This document shows positions 58,691-64,000 of a DNA stretch of 64,000 bases, piece after piece. The translations under genes were made by a program, and so were the position numbers. Position 1 is the first letter of the stretch; each line of letters opens with the position of its first letter. Under the pieces are notes generated by a model, which was not told the origin of the DNA, ran no database searches, and saw only the letters and a program-made list of their open reading frames with translations. The DNA comes from the human T2T-CHM13v2.0 reference genome, Homo sapiens. The stretch lies in the NCBI RefSeq assembly GCF_009914755.1, contig NC_060934.1, one strand, 5' to 3'.

Positions 58691-59788
58691 AACAATATAA
58701 AGTAATAGAAGAGAGTTACTCAGATTAAAGTATTAATATAGTGATCTTTGGACTGAAAAATTGTAAGGTGTTAGCTAAGTGGCAATGTCTTGAAGTTGTA
58801 AGTAAAACATTATTGACGGTATATTAACCTTTTTGTGTGTGGTCATTCTAAAAACAACATAAAACTAGTTGGAAGAAGTGTTTTTAAACGATGACACATC
58901 CCATAACACTAAGTGAACAATTCTGTATCTGCTTACTTTTAGTACAAGTTCTTGCTTTTACAAACTTGCTATCACAGTATGTGTCTGTGTATGTGGTATT
59001 TGATTAAGAAAAGTACCCTAATTTTCCTATTTAACCATTTCCCGATTAGATTCTAGGCTGGCTATAAATTTTTATTAATTTAGAAAATGTTACAATGAAC
59101 TTTTTCAAGTATATGGTTTTATACATATATAATTATTTCCTCATGATAAATTAACAGTAAACAAAATACAAGTTGAAAAACAAAACAATATATGCAGTAT
59201 AGATCTTTATTGCTTATTACTTTCCAAAAGTGTATGTGTATGTGTGTGTATGCTAAAATATAGCAATGTATATAATATAGCAGTATCTATTTTAGGATAT
59301 TATCTGTAGATGAGTATACCAAAGAAATGCCTTCCCAACTTAAATTACTTAACCAAGAGTGCACACCAGAATTAACTTTTACCAATCTTTTTTTTTTTAA
59401 TATAATCAACAAGAGATTTGGATGTAATTTTCAGCATTCAATTTAAAAGAAGGTTTTCAGTTCAATGCCATAATGAGTTATTGGTTATTGTAAAAAGGCT
59501 AAAGGCCAGTCAGCTTTCTGATTTTGTCAGTCCAGCTTTATTGTCTTCTAAAAATTGATACCTTGAACTTACTAAACTGTCTAGAGCTATAACCCACTAA
59601 ATGTACTTGTCATATTTTTCTTAGCCATGGAGTAACTAAATTAAACTTGCAACCATTACAAAATATAGACAAGAAGATAGTTAGCCTGTAGCAGGTAGGG
59701 AAAAATAGCAGCCTATTTTACCAATTTGTCTCTACTACCCTCTAGTGGAATCACAGTCATAATATCCTTACGGCATAGCCTCCAGATT

Positions 59789-59790
<2 letters not shown>

Positions 59791-59835
<45 letters not shown>
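59791..59835. repeat. (AC)n microsatellite, ~22 units
   Basis: Directly visible, uninterrupted. Confidence 0.97.
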
Positions 59836-59840
<5 letters not shown>

Positions 59841-61359
59841 ATTTATCGATTTTAGCTTTATAGAGTTGGTCCCAGACTTAGATGTTAATGAACTCCTAGA
59901 GAGTATTGTCTTTTAAATGGCATTCTTGCTCCTCTCTCTTCCCACACTAATCCTTTCTGAAAGTACTGTCAGATTAATCTGTATAAAGGGAAAATTTGAT
60001 TCTATCATGTCCCTGCTCAATCAAACAAAAAGAACCTTCCATTCTTCCCATTGGATTGCTTGAAGTGCTGCTGGTAAACTCCCCATGGTGGCTTCCAGAG
60101 CTCTTCACAATGTGAATCCAACTCTCCTTCCATTCCTCTAAGCCCTTCAGCCCCTGTACCCACCCTACCCTCCAGACAAATCCCACTCCTGGATGTTATC
60201 TCACCCCTCCCCATGTTTCCCTCTTTCTGCCTGGAGTGCCACCCACCTAGTCGACTATCTCCACCCCACTGACTTCCTTCTTCCATCTCTACTTGCCAAA
60301 GTTGTGCTCATCTTTCAAGAATTACTTCATATGCACTCTGTTAAACTGTAACAAGCTCCTTTCATCAGTCCCAAGCAAGCCAGGTGCCTTTATGACACTG
60401 CATAGGCACTGTTGCATATGCTGTTCCCTTTGCATGGATGTTTAATCCAGTCCTACTCTCCCTCATTCCCATCTGAAAGGATAACATCATCTTTCCTTCC
60501 AAACCCACCGCAGGGATCACACTGCCTTCCCAAGAGTTATTTTCCTTTCTCCTGTGACCCCATAGCAATGTATGCAACTTTCTGTTCCAGGACCCACTAT
60601 GCGAGCTATTTTTGTAAGAATAGATAGTAATCAATGAGATTAAGAAAAAGAAATCATGTGTGAAGAGCTTACCTCAGGCTAAGCACTGATCTAAGTAAAT
60701 GTTATCTGGATAACTCATTTTATGACCAAAGCGTTACAACTGGGTACTATTATTATCAACACTTGAGTGGAGAAGGCACAGAGAAATGAAATTATTGCCC
60801 AAAGTCACAGATGAGGTAAGGCAGGAGCCAGGAGTTAAAAAGATTTGAGCCCAGGTGGTCTCTAGATCTGAGCTTTTAACCACCATGATGGCACACCCAA
60901 TTTAGAAGGGCCCTTTGTCATGATAGCACAGCCAACATGCCTTTTGAGTCTCTGGTTTAGGGATTGGCTGTGGAAAGAAAATATGATTCCAGGGTTAAGA
61001 AGAAGTTTTGGTTTTGTCTTGTTTAAGAAAAAGTTGATTTTTCTCTTTAAATTATTTTTCTTTGTATGTGTCTCCCCACCTAGATTCTGAAGCACAGAAG
61101 GGCAACCTTGTATCTTAATCTTGTTTCTGTAGCCATTGTTTAAGCTAGTGCTTGGGGCATAGGAAAGGCTCTAATAATGTTATCAAATGTTGTTGACATA
61201 GCAGATGAAATATTTTCCTTTTTGTCCCATCTGGATGTGACCTCTTTTCTTTGTGTCCCCACTGCACTTGGTTCAAAAACCCAGCCGAAGGAAGATAATT
61301 GGTGTAAAGGAAGTATAATCATTTGTTGCATTATTTCTTATCTCGTCTCCTCTCAAGCT

Positions 61360-61453
61360 CCAAAATCTCACAAATAACCACTAAAGAACTTACTCATGTA
61401 ACCAAACACCACCTATTCCCCAATAACCTATGGAAATTTTAAAAAATTAAAAA
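61360..61453 (+). mobile_element. L1PB 3' terminal stub
   Basis: CCACTAAAGAACTTACTCATGTAACCAAACACCACC..AACCTATGGAAAT. Confidence 0.85.
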
Positions 61454-62409
61454 GAACAGGTAGTCTAGTTCATCTTTGCATCTTTAATGGTCCTCAGATA
61501 ATGCCAGGCAAACAGAAGACACTCCGTATTTGGTGAGTGGAACTGACACAATTTGGAGCTTTTGTATAGTGTTATGTGTTGTACTTCAGCAGCACATCCC
61601 TGCTATAAAATGATGCACAGCACAGAGCCAGATAAGGGATGTTCATAAGGAGGCCCTCAGGCACTACAAGACCCTGAAGTACTCATCTCATTTTTGAGAA
61701 ATGTCATTGTAGCTTTGCTCTTTGAAATTTGTTAATTATAGTAAACATTTAAAATGAATTAGAATATTTCATGATGTTAAATCTTCAGGCCTGTTTCGTT
61801 TCAGATGACAGAATAGTGAGTTAAATTAGAACTTCATTTGTTTAACACCATTAGAAAATGAACTTTTATATGAATTCCTTAACTTGCTGATTAGAGATCT
61901 AATCATAATCCATTGCCTTTGTTCAGTGGGATGACTTTGTAAAGATAAAAACTTAACCACTTCTCACTCTGCATTGAAGAAAGGCCTATCTTAGGCATAA
62001 GTAGTATTGTGATCAAGTTTAAGGGACATCAGGAATCCATAAAAAATACCTAAGCAATTCAACTACAATGACTGCCCTGATCATTTCTCTCAGCTTCAAC
62101 TATATATAAAATTGTCCACAGGTTAGATGTACTATATATAAAATTGTCCACAGAGTTAGATGTACCATGATTCTAATGAAGCTTAAGTGTCCCTCTCATG
62201 GCTCTGAGAGGGACACTTAGCAATATGCTCATGTAGTCATGTTTTTGTAAAATGTATATAGTAAGATATTTTAACTACAGTTGATTAAAGCTGCTGTTTG
62301 TTTCCACTTCAATTCCCTATCAGTCACATTTCCCTACCTCTTCAATGGCATTGAGTGACTATGAACATTTTTGAGGTTCAGCCCAGGGGAAGTTGAGTTA
62401 AGGATACAT

Positions 62410-62738
62410 TGCTGTGATCTAAATGTTTATGTCCCCTCAAAATTCATAGTTGAAATTCTCATCCTCAAGGTAATGATATTGGGAGGCGGGTCTTTGGGAA
62501 GTGATTAGCTCATGAGAAAGGACCCTAAAAGAAGCCTGAGAGTCCTTGCCCCCTCTACCATGTGAGGTTCGAGTGAAAAGAGCTGTCTATGCAGAATCAG
62601 GCCCTCACTATACACTGGACCTGCCAGAACCCTGATCTTGGACTTCCCACCTTCCAGAACTGTGAGAAATAAATTTCTGTTGTATATAGCCACCTAGTCC
62701 ATGGCATTTTGTTATAGCAGCCCGAGTGGACTAAGACA
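62410..62738 (+). mobile_element. MLT1A-like MaLR solo LTR
   Basis: TGCTGTGATCTAAATGTTTATGTCCCC ... GGACTAAGACA; TSD TACAT/TACTT. Confidence 0.85.
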
Positions 62739-62975
62739 TACTTTAGATCGGAATTAACGGTATCCAGATGTTTATCCACAGCACTTCCAAGTTATTGCCA
62801 GCAGTCCTAATGTAGGCACGTCTCCCAGGAAACCCTTTCCACCTGCTCTGCAAACTCTCCTGGCATCTGGAAGTGAAGGTGTAGGGTAAAAGATCTTAAC
62901 TGAACCAGAAGTAAGTAAGTAGTGGGTAACAGAGGAGAAGCTAACCTGTGGAAAGTTCTTTCAATTATCAGATGT

Positions 62976-63287
62976 GGCTGGGCATGGTGGCTATGCTTGT
63001 TAATTCTAGCACTTTGGGAAGCTGAGGTGGGAGGATTGCTTAAGCCCAGGAGTTTGAGACCAGTTAGGGCAATAAAACGAGACCCTGTCTCAACACCACC
63101 ACCACCAACAACAAAAAATTAGCAAAGTGTGGTGGCATGTGCCTGTAGTCCTAGCTATTCAGGAGGCTGAGGCAGAAGATCACTTGAGCCCAGGAGTTCG
63201 TGGTTACAGTGAGCTATGATTGTACCATTGCACTGCAGCGTGAGCGACAGAGCAAGACCCTGTCCAAAAACAAACAAACAAACAAAC
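62976..63287 (+). mobile_element. AluJ
   Basis: Dimeric Alu with (CAAA)n tail; AGATGT flanks. Confidence 0.9.
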
Positions 63288-64000
63288 TTAGATGTATAAA
63301 ATTATAAGCAGATAGGACTTTGATATTCATCATTACCTCATGTAAACTGAACTTCTCTTGCATCAGGAATATACTCATTAATACACCATAAACAATTATA
63401 AAAACATAAGATAATTTTTGGAATCTGGAATATTAGGAATCAACAAATTAGGATTACCATAAATCTTGCATTTGTAGGGCACACACTTAGAGCAGCAGTA
63501 CAAACAGCTCAGATGTGAAATAAATATTTTCTCAGATTGGACAGAAATTCTAAAAATTTACATGATATGACCAGTAATGACATAGGAAGCCAAAGAAACT
63601 TTTTTGAAATGATCAATCATACAAAACCAGTTTCGATTAACCATGCCAGAGGAAAGACTAAATTATCTTTTTTCTCTATATAGAAAATATTATAAAATTG
63701 TGTCACGGAAAAACAAAGATGAAGGAGCTTGTAAGGTGAGTAGATAACAAAACAGTTAAAATATGATTCTAAAAAATGTAGCTAAGAAAAGTAGGACAAA
63801 AGGCATTATAAAGAGGTATCAACTAATAAAAATATAATTTGTGGATTTTGTGATTTTATATGATTTTACAACTTAAAAAAATTCTATAATTTTGTGACTT
63901 CTTATTCTCAATACATATTCCCCCTCACACTTAATTTTGGATTCCTTTTCTTAAAAGGGATCCCTTTCTAAGTTTGTTCCTGCTGCTGTAACAAAACACC

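Larger units (their letters stand above)
62151..63970 (+). mobile_element. hAT-Tip100 (Zaphod-like) element, interrupted
   Basis: Left end CAGAGTTAGATGTACCATGA..AATGAAGCTTAAG; transposase C-terminal remnant (GAGGAAAGACTAAATTATCTTT..ATAGAAAAT) near 63650. Confidence 0.7.

Overview
Primate (almost certainly human) genomic DNA: AT-rich, CpG-depleted and dense in Alu, L1, L2, MIR, MaLR/ERV LTRs and Tigger/hAT DNA-transposon fossils. The only gene-grade signal is one CpG island (~23.5-24.4 kb). It holds the promoter and first exon of a minus-strand gene: a strong Kozak ATG at 24049, 19 codons MASSASSSPAGTEDSAPAQ, then a CAG|GTGAGC donor at 23993. Positions 1-23992 are therefore probably its long first intron, and 24.4-64 kb is upstream/intergenic. 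I do not recognise the gene, and the 19 codons could be a true N-terminus or a uORF. Nearly all listed ORFs are repeat-derived or GC-rich noise. I see no novel multi-gene system. The best leads are small-scale: a candidate recursive-splice site/RS-exon created by a 52-bp tandem duplication in intron 1, twin 26-nt hairpins beside a homeodomain-site cluster at ~42.7-43 kb, a perfect 26-bp palindrome, a ~65-bp templated duplication, a young AluYc1-type insertion and several nested TE stacks. Repeat subfamily names come from recalled consensus sequences, not from running RepeatMasker; boundaries of old repeats are approximate.
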